Source: Macrostomum lignano
Lineage: Eukaryota
Direction of reading: 5' to 3'
Assembly (NCBI GenBank): GCA_002269645.1
Contig: NIVC01002293.1
Span: 1-64,000, forward strand
DNA length: 64,000 bases
Position numbers and translations under genes: made by a program. Under the pieces are notes generated by a model, which was given only the letters and a program-made list of their open reading frames with translations, had not been told where the DNA came from and did not search any database. Shown here piece after piece: positions 1 to 12,581 of the stretch. Every line of letters begins with the position of its first letter. Position 1 is the stretch's first letter.

Positions 1-941
1 CAGAAACGTCGACGTATTTTACATTTAAAAGTACTTAATTTGCTTGATTACATTGTTGGTTTACCGCGTGCACATCGCACGTGCTACAAGGAAAGCAGTG
101 TAGCAAACGCTAGAAAGGGGAAGTCAGCCCAGTGGTCGTCCAGTTACCATATAATCACTATGACTATGATGCTGTCACACGAAAGCCTCGGGAAACTCCC
201 CGTCAGCTAGCACAGACTGACTGGTTGGCACGTGTAGTAATAAATTTGTTTTCAAGACCGGTTCTCATTCCGTTAGCTCCGCTGTCTATCTGAGGTTGCT
301 CAAATCGATGTGTAGTTGGTTCAGACTCATTTTAAAGTTGAGTTGATATTAGTATTCTCACAAGAATAATTGGTTCCAGAACAAAATAACTCCGTTATCC
401 AATTCTACAACCAGAATCAGATGGGAAATGAAAAGCAACTTGAATTTATTTAAATGTTGCCAGCCTTTACAGGAAACGTGAATGGATCGAAAATTTTATT
501 TAGACAGACACGCAGCGTTCTGGAACTGGAACCCATTTTGAAAATGGATATTAAAAATTAAACAATTGGTACGAACCGGCTAGACCCCGGCCATTTAGTT
601 TCGAGAATCGATTATATTTATTTATTATTTATTCATTGCCCTCACTAGACCATACAAGTTGCCACGTTGCCACGCCTGAATTAAAAAATCTGCTCTTTAC
701 TGTCCTATGTTCAGCTCATGATTTAGTAGCAGTCCAAGTTCTGGTGCAACAATATAAGGACTGTGCAATTCTATTCATTGTTGATTTAACGATGTACATT
801 AATTTGATGAATAGGGGGAATGGGGAAAGGGCTGTTGAGTTGTGAGTGTGTACAATTAGCTATATTTGGTTTAGTTAGTTGCGTATATACATGTTTAGTT
901 AGAAAGCTGATGGAAGCGGGCTGCATATTGATTTCCTTAAA

Positions 942-2514
942 ATGGATAACTCGTGCATCATATACGAAAATGAGGTCCGCCAACGTCAACAAGGCTTGCA
1001 GTGTGATGGCTGCCATGGTTGGCAACACCGAACATGCAACAGTGGCATGTACGATTGAAAAGAATGAAAAGAAGTAAAAACTAACCGTTGTCATTCCTTC
1101 CTACATGTATACATGCAAAGGCACTCAAGGCCATCGTCCGCACGCGAAACCAGAGGGCTTTATCGTTGACTTTGAGGCCGCAGTTCTGAGAGCCATCTGA
1201 ACTGTCTTACCACAAGCATCAATTCGTGGCTAGCAGCTAGGCTTGCCATTCAGCAGCTAGGCTTGCAGCCGGCGTACTGTAACGATGATGGAACTCAGCG
1301 ATTCTGCCGAAAAGCTGATGGCGCTCCCCTTCCTGCCACCTGAGCATATTGCGATGACATTTTACCGTCTCCACGTTGAGAGGCTGAGACTGCTCTAACA
1401 CCTCTCCTGACTGCCCTGTGCGACTACGTCCAAGTGACGTGGATCACCAGCTCCATCTGCTGGAACATCCATGACATCTCCGTATACAGACAGGTGAAGT
1501 TATGACAAAATATTTTATGTGTATCCGGAAAAAATATCATTGCAAACTTGGAGATAACTTGGAAAGTTCATGTAGGCATGTAGGCATGTAGGCATATTGA
1601 AAATGTAAGGAAAGTACCAGTACTTCATACTTTGGCAGTTTTCATTGTTGCAAAAAAGTTTAATTACTTGACAAGTATTTTCATGGTGATTTAAAGTAAG
1701 ACGATACAAGAGAGTGTACTGTCTTAGAGTATCACTTTAAGAGTGATACTAAGTGCAGAATTCACCTTAAGTACTACATGTAAGGAGGAAAAATGATGTA
1801 CTGGGACTGACTTCGAAAGTATGACTTTGTTGTATGAACTAAAGTGATTAACAAGTTTGATAAGTTTGCTTAACAAATACATGTCACTACTGATACGCAT
1901 AAATGCATTATTTTACGCATTTGTGTCAATACATTTTTCTATATTTCACAGGTGATTAGCTGGACCAACAACGACTTAGAGAGCTGGCATCGCGCGCTAA
2001 ACTACAGAGCCTGCGAAGAAACATCCAATTTTACCTGCTCATCAAGCTCCTATTCAATGAAGCACGAATGATCCCCGTGGAGGTGCAGCTCCTCTCCCAA
2101 GGAGTAATGCGCCGCGTACAGCACAACAGATACCGAGGTATGCAGGCCCAGTACTTTAAGTACTGGAAATTATTCAGGCGCGGCAACCGCTCAGTGGATG
2201 ATCTACTGAAGGCAGTTAGTGCAATAAATGGACCTCACTGAACCACATTTTAACAAATACATTATAACAAATACAAGTCTAATTCATTTTAATTGCTCAT
2301 GTACATTCTAACAAAGCATTTTAACAAATACAAGTATAATCGTCAAAGTTCGTCAATTTAACTGCTTGTACATTCTAACAAATGCTTTTAACAAATACAA
2401 GTCTAATAAATTTTAACTACTTTTTACTACTAGTTTACTACGACTGTCGCCCTTTTGACTGTTGCCCTTTTGACTGTCGCCCTTTTGATCTGTCGCCCTT
2501 TTGACCTGTAGCCG
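942..2514 (+). mobile_element. Decayed MULE/Mutator-like DNA transposon: PHD-finger N-terminus, DDE-region fragments, one intron, right terminal repeat
   Basis: Hand translation: 942-1058 MDNSCIIYENEVRQRQQGLQCDGCHGWQHRTC (PHD-like, second Cys to Tyr); ~1145-1490 FIVDFEAAVLRAI*TVLPQASIRG...KLMALPFLPPEHI...DYVQVTW; GT-AG intron ~1493-1950; WTNNDLESWHRALN...FYLLIKLL...GPH* (TGA 2239-2241). Contains stops and frameshifts. Four TGTCGCCCTTTTGA subterminal repeats end at 2514; the left terminus was not found. Confidence 0.8.
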
Positions 2515-3504
2515 TACTAACTAGCAGGCAGTAGGCAGGCCATAGGCCTTAAGTAAACTGCATTATTTGAGTCTAGAATAGGCCTATTTGACATTATTTA
2601 GGCCTAGGTATAGGGACCTATGATTTCATTTTACCTAGTTAGAGCCTAGTGCCTGAAGACGAAGTATAGTAAGCCCATTTTTTTAGTCACCACACCAGTG
2701 CCAACAATAGTAGGGCCTAGGCCTACTTTGATCACTTGATGCTGATGGGAATAAACCTAGCTTAAATTAACCTAAATTAAAATTAAATTAAATTTTCATA
2801 ATGTGTAATGGTGGCACAAAGTTTAAGATAGAAGCCTAGAACTTAGAAGGCTCACCTCAAATTCAAAAATTGTTTTTGTTGCAAATTTTGTGTCCAAATA
2901 GTGTGTCATAGGGCTTACTTCTGTCCTCTGAATTCCACCAAGTTGTGCTAAGCTTAACTAACTTCTGTCTTAATGCTTTTAACTGTTTCCTAGAATTTCA
3001 TTTGATATATCTGGTAGCATCTTATGTATAGTTCTAGTAGTGTCTTATGTATGGCCTGAGTAGTCTAATACTGGTAATGGTACATGAGTTAGTCCAATTG
3101 GGCGTTACCAGGACTAGAGTCATGCCCATGGTGCCTTTCTTAATCTTAGTATGTTTCTACAAATTATTTCCCAATTCCTTCTCTTAGCAAATTTCTTAGC
3201 ACTGTTCTCAGCCTTTTTTAAATGAATAAATCTTTGTATTGTACTTGAAAGACTTTAAAAGTTTATAGATTGAATTGCTTTTATTGCTTGCAATAGTTGC
3301 TCATGGATTAGATACCAGACAATTGAGTTTACTTGGCTGCAAAATTGCTCCTAGCCTATTTATACATCAAATTTCTTAATAAATTATAACAAAAATTGGC
3401 GATTTTCCTCTTTCGTTCGTTAAATTATTTTTTCGACAGAAACAAGTTGTGACTACTGAGTAATGTCAGAAAACGACAGTAATGAGATGCTGGGACTTAA
3501 ATTT

Positions 3505-3660
3505 TTCTCGGAAAGTTGGATGGAGTTGATGCAGTCTCTAGGCGTCTGGGTGATGTTGGCCAGCTCGCGCATCGTAAAGTTTATGTCGCACAGCTCCAGC
3601 GAGGGACGCAGTTGTCCAGGAGGGACGATGAATGTAGGTGCCGCTGGGCGCCCAGCCATG
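3505..3660 (-). pseudogene. Short coding-like fragment, possibly the N-terminus of an IS1595/Merlin-like transposase
   Basis: MAGRPAAPTFIVPPGQLRPSLELCDINFTMRELANITQTPRDCIN. The resemblance is recalled from memory only; no catalytic motif is present. Confidence 0.25.
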
Positions 3661-4479
3661 TTGCAGTTCGAGTAAAATTTAATAAAATTTAACAAGTGAA
3701 GACTCAATGCGATAAGTCAAAGCTCATGCGAGAGTGGGAAGGGGAGCAAGGAGCGAGTGCAAGCTGCTGCCTATACTCCGCCACGAACCGAGTAGGTGAG
3801 TAGTGCCATAGACATGTGTCAGCAGCAACCCCATGTCCTTTCCACTACTGCCACATCATTTTTTCAATAGGCACAATTTCAAATGCTGCCACGTCACTTT
3901 TTCGCGTCTACGCACCGATTCAAATCGAAAAAATAATTTAACGAACGAAAGAGGAAAATTGCCCAAAAATTATTTTCCCAATTTATTTTGTGCAGTAAAA
4001 CAAAAATACATGGTGCATTAAAACAAAATATTTATTCTCTTCTAATGCATAGCCTACAAATTCTGTTTCTAAGAAATCATACATTATTGCTTTGATCCTG
4101 TTAATTATCATTATTCTCTAATTGGATAGGCAACATAGCCATAGGCCTAATATTATATTATAGAAGTATTTAACTTTCTAATATTTAATAAAAAAACTCA
4201 CTATTAAATTTATCTTTAAATTTGCTTTAAATTTCTTAGGCCATTAGGGCTTAATATTAATATTAATGAGAAGTTAAGAACCGTATTATAGATTAAAAAA
4301 ATAGTAAAATTTTATTAATAATACAGCTATGAGAATCTATAGAATATGATAGCAATTATCATATTTCCATAGTCATAGCCATAAGAGCAGCTACCTATCA
4401 TAGGCATATCTGTAATTGCCATAGGCACCTATTTTACCATATTTGCCATAGGATCCTATAGCTATAGCCATAGCTACAA

Positions 4480-5010
4480 TGGAACACTACTTCCTCTTTT
4501 TCACATTGCATTTCTCTCTAAATAGACATTTGCCATGGCTCTTCATTCCTTTCCTCAATTGATATAATATTTGAGCTTTCTTCACTTGATCATCTCTATA
4601 GATTCTAGTTCCTTTCTGATTACCTCCTTATCTTTTTTCTCAAAATTCAAGCATTTGTCTTTTTCTCTTTCCATGAAATCCTTAGCTAGCATTCTTTTGT
4701 AACAGTTTCAAATGCTTTGAGTGTCCATAATTTTCTTCTCTATAGTCCAGCTCTTGCACCCATACATGTAGAGCAATGTTGCCCATGGGACCGAATTTGA
4801 GATCTTGAGGCGATTCTTCAAACTGACTCCTTTGAGCCACCAAGGTTCATCAAGCCTTATTGTTGAGCTGGTTGCAATACCAATTTGGATTCTGATCTCT
4901 TCCTCCACCTTTCTTTACCATGATGGTTGCCCCCAGATATTTAAACTTCTTCACCATTCCATGTCACCACTGTCCTGCTCTTTCTTTGCTGACTTCCACG
5001 CCACTCCATA
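4480..5010 (-). mobile_element. Non-LTR retrotransposon (RTE/CR1-like) reverse transcriptase C-terminal relic
   Basis: Frameshifted fragments FKYLG, EEEIRIQIGIATS, VSLKNRLKI..S..LLY..GCKSWT and LRISWKEKKTN match the typical post-RT region of RTE-type LINEs. Confidence 0.75.
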
Positions 5011-5046
5011 GGCATACTTGGGCGCAACCTAGGGAATCACCCCACT

Positions 5047-5152
5047 GTTTCTATTGGCAACACACACATGTAAGTCGCTATTGGACAGAATAGTAGTCAC
5101 GTGACTGCTCTCAGCCAATAGCGACTTACATGAGTGTGTTGCCAATAGAAAC
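5047..5152. promoter_or_regulatory. 106-bp near-perfect palindrome centred on GTCACGTGAC, with four CCAAT boxes
   Basis: Left arm GTTTCTATTGGCAACACACACATGTAAGTCGCTATTGG is the reverse complement of the right arm (one mismatch in the outer 38 bp). Centre at 5096-5105; about 160 bp upstream of the ankyrin gene ATG. Confidence 0.7.
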
Positions 5153-5314
5153 GGCCTGGTGATTCCGAAGGTTGCGCGTGTATGTGACCATAGGTCTGTT
5201 TAAAATAATTGCAAGTGTCAGTGAACTTCGCCCATTCGTCTGACCGATCGCTTTGTTTTAAAAAAATTGATGGTATTTCGCTCTCCAGCCCACACAGCTT
5301 CACCCTCGGCAGTG

Positions 5315-6139
5315 ATGGCCGCTGCCACCAGCGCCAGCGTCCTTGGCGAATCGCCTCCGGTCACGCCGCCGCCTCCGCCGCTGTTGCCGCAGGCGCCGCC
5401 ATTGGCGCTAACTGTGCCGGACGAGTTCCGGCGCGGTTTCGGCGTCTTCCAGCAGCGCCACCTGCTTGGCAAGGCGGCGTCGGCACCGTCGTCAGCGGCG
5501 GACAGAGGCGGCGCCCGGATCGGCCCGAGGCGCGCCCGGTTCCGCGCCCGCCTGGGCCAGGAGCTCATCGAGGCCGTCAATCGGCGCCACTCAACGGCGC
5601 GTGTTCGGCGCCTACTCGAAGCCGGGGCGCCGCCGAATGTTGCGGATAAAAAAGGTCGAACACCGTTGCACATCGCCTCGGCTAGGGGCGACAGTGAGTT
5701 AGTGGACTGTCTGCTCGCCTGCGGTGCCGATCCCAGCCGAGTGGACTGCGTTGGCAACACGCCAGCCAGGCTGGCGGCCGTCACAGGCCGGCTGGACCTC
5801 GTCGGCCGCTACCTGGCCGCCGGCGCCACCCAAGCGGACCTGGGCCGCAGTCCCGTGGCTCTGGCCAGGGACGGCCTGGCCCGGGCTAAGCGAGCTTTCA
5901 CCCTGTCCGGAGACACCGCCTCGCTGCTGCAGGCCTACAGGGACGCCCGGTCGCTGCTGCGCACCTGCCTGACAATCCAGGAGCGACAGTCGCCGCCGAC
6001 GCCTCCACGGCGAGTGGCTTCTGCGTCGGCCCCAGAAACCCCAACTGCCGCGCCGGCAGCTTCGTCGACTGAACCGGCCGACGCTGAGGCTGAAGAAGTA
6101 GACAGCCTGCTGCTGCGGCTGGAGGGTGTTCGATTCTGA
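5315..6139 (+). CDS. ANKRD54: Ankyrin repeat protein, ANKRD54-like, single exon (~274 aa)
   Basis: LLEAGAPPNVADKKGRTPLHIASARGDSELVDCLLACGADPSRVDCVGNTPARLAAVTG...GRSPVALARDGL follows the ANKRD54 pattern (ankyrin repeats plus helical C-terminus). First good ATG at 5315, stop 6137-6139. Confidence 0.8.
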   Translation: MAAATSASVLGESPPVTPPPPPLLPQAPPLALTVPDEFRRGFGVFQQRHLLGKAASAPSSAADRGGARIGPRRARFRARLGQELIEAVNRRHSTARVRRLLEAGAPPNVADKKGRTPLHIASARGDSELVDCLLACGADPSRVDCVGNTPARLAAVTGRLDLVGRYLAAGATQADLGRSPVALARDGLARAKRAFTLSGDTASLLQAYRDARSLLRTCLTIQERQSPPTPPRRVASASAPETPTAAPAASSTEPADAEAEEVDSLLLRLEGVRF

Positions 6140-6282
6140 TTGGCTGCTCAACAAACTAGCTTTGGCACTCTGTGCGCTCAGACAATCTGTCCGAGGTCTG
6201 GTTAGTCACTGAAGAGGGTAGCCGGTCTCTTGCGTGGCTGGAAAGTCACTGAAGAGTTTATCTAGTCTGTGATGTAGAGAGA

Positions 6283-6473
6283 GAAAGTCACTGAGTCGGT
6301 TAGAAAGTCACTGAGTCGGGTAGAAAGTCACTGAGTCCGGTAGAAAGTCACTGAGTCGGGTAGAAAGTCACTGAGTCCGGTAGAAAGTCACTGAGTCGGG
6401 TAGAAAGTCACTGAGTCGGGTAGAAAGTCACTGAGTCGGGTAGAAAGTCACTGAGTCGGGTAGAAAGTCACTG
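6283..6473. repeat. 20-bp minisatellite (TAGAAAGTCACTGAGTCGGG)n, about 9 copies
   Basis: Tandem units directly visible. Confidence 0.95.
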
Positions 6474-6974
6474 GTTTGGGTATACAATCACTGGATTTAT
6501 TATTAGAAAGTCACGGAAGCAGCGACACTGAATTAATAATATCTCTTCATTCAACTCTTCCCTACGGAGTTCTTGTTGATCAAATTAAAGCTTACTAATC
6601 TCGTTTTGTGTTAAAACTTCTGTAAAATATTTACAACTTATAGATAATAACAATACTTGACTAAATTTTGTAACTTGTTGTCTCCATAGATACTAGATTT
6701 AGTTTATTCACTTAAATAACCCCCTTTTCTCATGGCATTTATCTGTGTTGTGTTTTTTGCGGCTTAAAATTGAAATTTGCTAGCCTGTGTTAGTATTCTG
6801 TATGCTGGAGAACTGCATGGGCAGTTTAGCTGTAAATATGAACCAGTTTTGACAATATTAATAACAAATATATCTAATCACGTTCTTATCACATTATTGT
6901 ATCAGATCAGGCTTGTTATCTTCAGAAACTTTTGTTGAGCTAGTTAAAGGGCGATTCTGTATTGGTTGTCTGGG

Positions 6975-8020
6975 AGATTCCCTATAGAGTTTTGTAGCAG
7001 ATTCCCCATAGGGTTGTGAGGGAGATTCCCTGTATGGTTGTGAGGGAGATTCCCCATAGGGTTGTGATGGAGATTCCCTGTAGGGTTGTGATGGAGATTC
7101 CCTGTATGGTTGTGAGGGAGATTCCCTGTATGGTTGTGAGGGAGATTCCCCATAGGGTTGTGAGGGAGATTCCCCATAGGGTTTTGTGGGAAATTTTCCA
7201 TAGGGTTTTGTGGGAGATTCCCCATAGGGTTGTGATGGAGATTCCCCCTAGTGTTGTGATGGAGATTCCCCCTAGGGTTGTGATGGAGATTCCCCATAGG
7301 GTTGTGATGGAGATTCCCCATAGGGTTGTGATGGAGATTCCCCATAGGGTTGTGATGGAGATTCCCTGTAGGGTTGTGAGGGAGATTCCCTGTATGGTTG
7401 TGAGGGAGATTCCCCCTAGGGTTGTGAGGGAGATTCCCCATAGGGTTGTGATGGAGATTCCCCATAGGGTTGTGATGGAGATTCCCCATAGGGTTGTGAT
7501 GGAGATTCCCTGTAGGGTTGTGAGGTAGATTCCCTGTATGGTTGTGAGGGAGATTCCCCCTAGGGTTGTGATGGAGATTCCCCATAGGGTTGTGATGGAG
7601 ATTCCCCATAGGGTTGTGATGGAGATTCCCCATAGGGTTGTGATGGAGATTCCCCCTAGGGTTGTGATGGAGATTCCCCATAGGGTTGTGATGGAGATTC
7701 CCCATAGGGTTGTGATGGAGATTCCCCATAGGGTTGTGATGGAGATTCCCCCTAGGGTTGTGATGGAGATTCCCCATAGGGTTGTGAGGGAGATTCCCTG
7801 TAGGGTTGTGAGGGAGATTCCCCGTAGGGTTGTGAGGGAGATTCCCTGTAGGGTTGTGAGGGAGATTCCCTGTAGGGTTGTGATGGATATTCCCCATAGG
7901 GTTGTGATGGAGATTCCCCATAGGGTTGTGATGGATATTCCCCATAGGGTTGTGATGGAGATTCCCCATAGGGTTGTGATGGATATTCCCCATAGGGTTG
8001 TGATGGAGATTCCCCCTAGG
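6975..8020. repeat. 24-bp minisatellite (CATAGGGTTGTGATGGAGATTCCC)n, about 43 copies
   Basis: Tandem units visible; gives the spurious 8-aa periodic ORFs (HRVVMEIP / NPMGNLHH). Confidence 0.97.
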
Positions 8021-8093
8021 GCTATACCGCGCCATTGGCTATATACCGTAGATGCCTACTTTCAGTAGTTTACTTACCGAAAGTCTTTAATGC

Positions 8094-10290
8094 ATGCAGC
8101 GGCAACGGCGCCTTCAGGCAACCGCATCGGCCGCTGACGCCGTCGGGCGCGTCGACGAATTCGACAGTCCGTTCGGGCCGCCAGTGGTGCACAACAGCAA
8201 GGAGGCCTCGCCAATGCCAGCTGTGGACTCTGCTGCCCAGCCAGCTGCTGATGAGGCAGCATCGCCAGACTGGGCCAGCCGCTGCTGTGGCGGCGACCGA
8301 CCGACAACTCGCCGGCTGCTGGTGTCGCTGGCGCTCGGCCAGCTGCTGTCGCTGTTCATCTGCGGCACGGCAGTAACATCCGGCTATTTGCAACGGTTCG
8401 GCGTGAACGCGCCGACTTCTCAGTGCTTTCTTAACTACCTGCTGCTGGGCCTTACCTTTGGCTCCGTGGCGTTCTACCGGCTCGGCCGGGCCGCCAGCCT
8501 GCGCGCCGCCGCTCGACGCCTCTGGTGGAGATACCTGCTGGCCGCTCTGATGGACGTTGAGGCCAACTTTCTTGTGGTTAAGGTGAGCCTTGCTCGTCAC
8601 ACTTCCGGTTACATGTGCCTCGCTTCCAAAGTAAAGTAAAGGGTTTCCTTTGTTTCAATTTAGCCGTAGGTTACCTAAGATTTTACTTGCCAGCACCCCA
8701 CTTTCGAATGCCTAACACCACCGGTTGTCTCACACTCCACCTCCGGTTGCCCCCCACTCCACCTCCGGTTGCCCCACACTCCACCTCCGGTTGCCTCACA
8801 CTCCACCTCCGGTTGCCTCACACTCCACCTCCGGTTGCCCCACACACCACCTCCGGTTGCCTCACACTCTACCTTCGGTTGCCCCACACACCACCTCCGG
8901 TTGCCCCACACTCCACTTCCGGTTGCCTCACACTCCACTTCCGGTTGCCCCACACTACCTCCGGTTGCCCCACACCACCTCCGGTTGCCCCACACTCCAC
9001 CTCCGGTTGCCCCACACTCCATTTCCCGTTGCCCCACACTCCACTTCTGGTTGCCTCACACACTCCACACATTTGTCTTCACTTCCGGTTGCCCCACACT
9101 CCACTTCCGGTTGCCTCACATCCCCTTCTGGTTGCTTCACGTTATACTTCCGGTTGCCCCACACCACCTCCGGTTGCCCCACACTCCACCTCCGGTTGCC
9201 CCACACTCCAATTCCGGTTGCCCCACACTCCACCTCCGGTTGCCCCACACTCCACCTCCGGTTGCCCTGCACTCTACCTCCGGTTGCCTCACACTCCACC
9301 TCCGGTTGCCCCACACTCCACCTCCGGTTGCCCCACACTCCACTTCCGGTTGCCTCACATCCCCTTATGGTTGCTTCACATTATACTTCCGGTTGCCTCA
9401 CACACTCCACACATTTGCCTTCACTTCCGGCTGAGCAAGCCTACGCAATCATCCAATCATCAACAATCGAACCCCCATCCCAGGCCTACGCCTACACCAG
9501 CGTGACCAGCGTGCAGCTGCTCGACTGCGCCAGCATCCCGGTAGCCCTCATCAGCTCGTGGTTCCTCCTGGGCGCCAGGTTCAAGGCCTGCCACTACGTC
9601 GGCGTTGCCGCCTGCGTCCTCGGCGCTGGTGGCATGGCCCTGGCTGACGTTCTGGCAGCTCAGCACGCCGGCGATTCTGCACCGCCAGCGCCGCTGCTCG
9701 GCGACGCCCTCGTATTGGCTGGTGGCGCCCTGTACGGCCTGTCGAATGTCTGGCAGGAGCACCTGGTCCGGCGGTACGAGCGCCTGCTGTACATCGGCTG
9801 CGTCGGCATCCTTGGCGCTCTGGTTGGCGGAGTTCAGCTGCTGCTGCTGGAGCGGCGCGAGCTCGGCCACCTGCTGGCTGGCCGCCTGGCGCCCGGCGCG
9901 TCTCCAGCCGCTGCAATCGGCGCCGCTGTAGGCTTCGCGCTGTGCATGTACGCTCTGTACTCTCTGATGCCGGTTGCCATGACAACTGGCAGCGCAGTGT
10001 TGGTCAATCTGTCCCTGCTCACAGCCGACCTGTACGCCCTGTTTGTCGGCGTTTACCTGTTTGGCTACAGCTTTCACCCGCTGTACTTTGTGTCCTATGC
10101 CGCTATTCTGTTGGGCCTGGCCGCCTACGCAGTCAGGCAGCCCAAGATGGCGCAAGATCCGCCCGCCAGGCGCCATTTTCTACGCGCCGCGCCAGCAATT
10201 AGTGGCGCCGGCGTCGGTGGAATCGGCGTTCGGGGAATGCGGCGATTCGGCAGCATTGACGAGGGTATCGAGTGCGCTAGGACTTTCTGA
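8094..10290 (+). CDS. SLC35F2: Solute carrier family 35 member F1/F2-like transporter; exons 8094(or 8214)-8582 and 9484-10290
   Basis: LALGQLLSLFICGTAVTSGYL...NAPTSQCFLNY...WWRYLLAALMDVEANFLVVK joined in phase 0 to AYAYTSVTSVQLLDCASIP...LVNLSLLTADLYALF, all diagnostic SLC35F motifs. Donor AAG|GTGAG (8583), acceptor CCAG|GCC (9483). Confidence 0.93.
8710..9430. repeat. Intronic ~22-bp minisatellite (CACTCCACCTCCGGTTGCCCCA)n
   Basis: Fills most of the SLC35F intron; units contain no AG on the sense strand. Confidence 0.93.
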
Positions 10291-10326
10291 GACTCTGGTG
10301 TCCTCGTCTCATTTGATTCTGAATGA

Positions 10327-10732
10327 TTGACCCCCTGTCAGATTCTCAAATTGACCCCCCTGTCAGATCCTCAAATTGACCCCCCTGTCAGATCGTCAGA
10401 TTGACCCTCTGTCAGATCCTCAGATTGACCCCCTGTCAAATACTCAATTTGACCTCCCTGTCAGATCCTCAAATTGACCCCCCTGTCAGATCCTCAAATT
10501 GACCCCCCTGTCAGATCCTCAAATTGACCCCCCCTGTCAGATCGTCAGATTGACCCTCTGTCAGATCCTCAGATTGACCCCCTGTCAGATCCTCAAATTG
10601 ACCCTCTGTCAGATCCTCAAATTGACCCCCTATCAGATCCTCAAATTGACCCCCTGTCAGATCCTCAGATTGACCCCCTGTCAGATACTCAAATTGACCC
10701 CTGTCAGATCCTCAGATTGACCCCCTTTCAGA
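10327..10732. repeat. 24-25-bp minisatellite (TTGACCCCCTGTCAGATCCTCAAA)n
   Basis: Tandem units just 3' of the SLC35F stop codon. Confidence 0.93.
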
Positions 10733-12581
10733 TGCTCAGTTGCCGGGCCATCCCCTAAGGCTCTGTTGATTCCGTCTCTGCTGTTCCAATCTGATTTTAC
10801 TGTGCACATTTTAGAATCAAGAAATTGATTAATTATCCTAAATGTGTTGGCAACTCTGATTTGCAGAACTATTTGCCTAATGCTCTATGTCCCTACGTAA
10901 TTGCCACCCAGCAGTGCTTTAGCAGCATTTGTGCTCTCTGTTACCTGCGTACATTTTTCAAGTTCTTTGGCACGGCCATTTTAAGTATTTCTAATTAATA
11001 AATATTAATTTCGGAATAGTGCAAATTATTTTCAGCATTGTATTTTTTGGCGAAGGCTCCTGCCGTTGGTGCGGAAAATAAAACTCGCTTGAAAGATGCC
11101 GCCGTTTTTTAGTTTAAAGACGAGAGCAGAGTCGGTTAACTGATAATTGTTGCAAGTGTATTGCTTGCTTTCAAGCTATTTTTCAATTGAAGGTTTAGTA
11201 TACGTCAACTCTCAAGCGACAGGGAGTGTGTACATGCCCGACGAAAGAAGAAAGTCAGGACCGCTGTAGCACCATTGAACAAATTAATTACATCGCACTC
11301 GGTTTTCTTAGAAATAAGAGGCCGCCAAGCAACGGGCGTTCTCTAGGGCAGGGCTCGGCAAACTCCGGCCCGCTCAAGGTTTACGTCTCTTCTCAGCTCC
11401 ATTTTCGAATCTCGTCTCCTCTGCTCCTCTCTCCTAGTTCATCTCTCCTCTCGTCACGTGTTTCTTCCCTTTCTGGACCGCAATCATGCGCTTTGGTTGG
11501 TTCTCTATCTGGCCTTGAGGTAAAAAGCTAAAAAGCTACACGTATTCGTACGGGAAAGTACGGCATTCTGAGCTTCTTCCTGTGATGCTGGTGCTTGTCT
11601 ATGGCTAGGACCAAAAAAATTGGGGGTTTTGGCGATCCAGTTCTATTATTCATCCAATGGCGCAGTCTTGTTGCACCGATTGCCCACGATTTGGCCTGCA
11701 GACAATCCTTGTGTGTAAACTTGCAAGCTGAGAGCAGTCAGTGACATCGCTTGCTAATTTAACCTACAGAAAGTGCATTTCTCGCCTCTTTCCCAGTCTC
11801 ATCCTTATCCCGAGGAACAACAACTTCTATGGTAATTTATCGATTGTAGAGATACAGTCCCCAAACGAGGCCTGAGAAATAGTTCTCAGTCCTGCTATAG
11901 TTGTATGTAAAAATTGTACGCTCGTAAACGAAAAAAGCCAACAACAGGAAGTTCAACATAGTAAGAAATAGAAGCGTCTTGTAAGCACTCACTCAAAAAT
12001 CACTACCAGCAGCAGGATTCGTTGCAGCGGATTCTTTACTTTCAAAATATCTTAACACTAGATCTAAGTCGTCTTCCATGGTAAAATGTTTCTATTATGT
12101 ATGCGTATGGATGGACTGCACCATCTAGATAGATGATTCATAACACTTTAGCCTTGTGCCATAGACTAACTGTACTGGATATTGATACGTCTTTTGCTTT
12201 CAGTAGGTTAAATATTTTCTCCTTTTTCCAAATATGTCTATGGAAAAGTAAGTCCGAGGATGCATTTCTCAGGCCGAGGCGAAGCCACACTGGGAAAAGG
12301 AGGAGAATGTATACTGAAACAATTCTTGACCAACCGTATTGTAGCAATCTTTAAGCTAAGCAACCGTTCCCTCCTCTGGCCATAGACTATGAGCTCTCTC
12401 GAACAATCTTTCAGTCAAAATTTACGATGCAGTGACGACTTGATGAACGCAATTTCTTGTTTGTACAACATTTATTTTTGCTAATGCGATAGCATGCAGC
12501 TCGGTAGCCCGGTGATCCGCTGAACCGAACTCAAGCTCAGTAGAACTTCAAACCTCAACAAAGTCAACTGCTGCCCGCCAG

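Noticed and set aside
3698-3708. GAAGACTCAAT, matching part of the recalled Macrostomum spliced-leader sequence
   Set aside because: Only 11 nt, with no flanking leader, donor or Sm site; expected by chance.
6944-8068. Long periodic ORFs (363 aa etc.), and similar ones at 19735-20897, 22087-22873, 23896-25634, 41913-43025, 43553-44327, 47076-47468, 49230-49994, 60920-61645
   Set aside because: They are translations of stop-free minisatellites on both strands and in several frames, mostly inside introns defined by homology.
8725-9483. N-terminal extension of SLC35F from ORF 8725-10290
   Set aside because: Homology places the real N-half in exon 8094-8582; the intron is 901 nt (not 3n) and repeat-derived.
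11347-11375. hAT-like terminus CAGGGCTCGGCAAAC (and CTGGGGTCGGCAACC at ~16504)
   Set aside because: No matching opposite terminus or TSD could be found, so no element is called.
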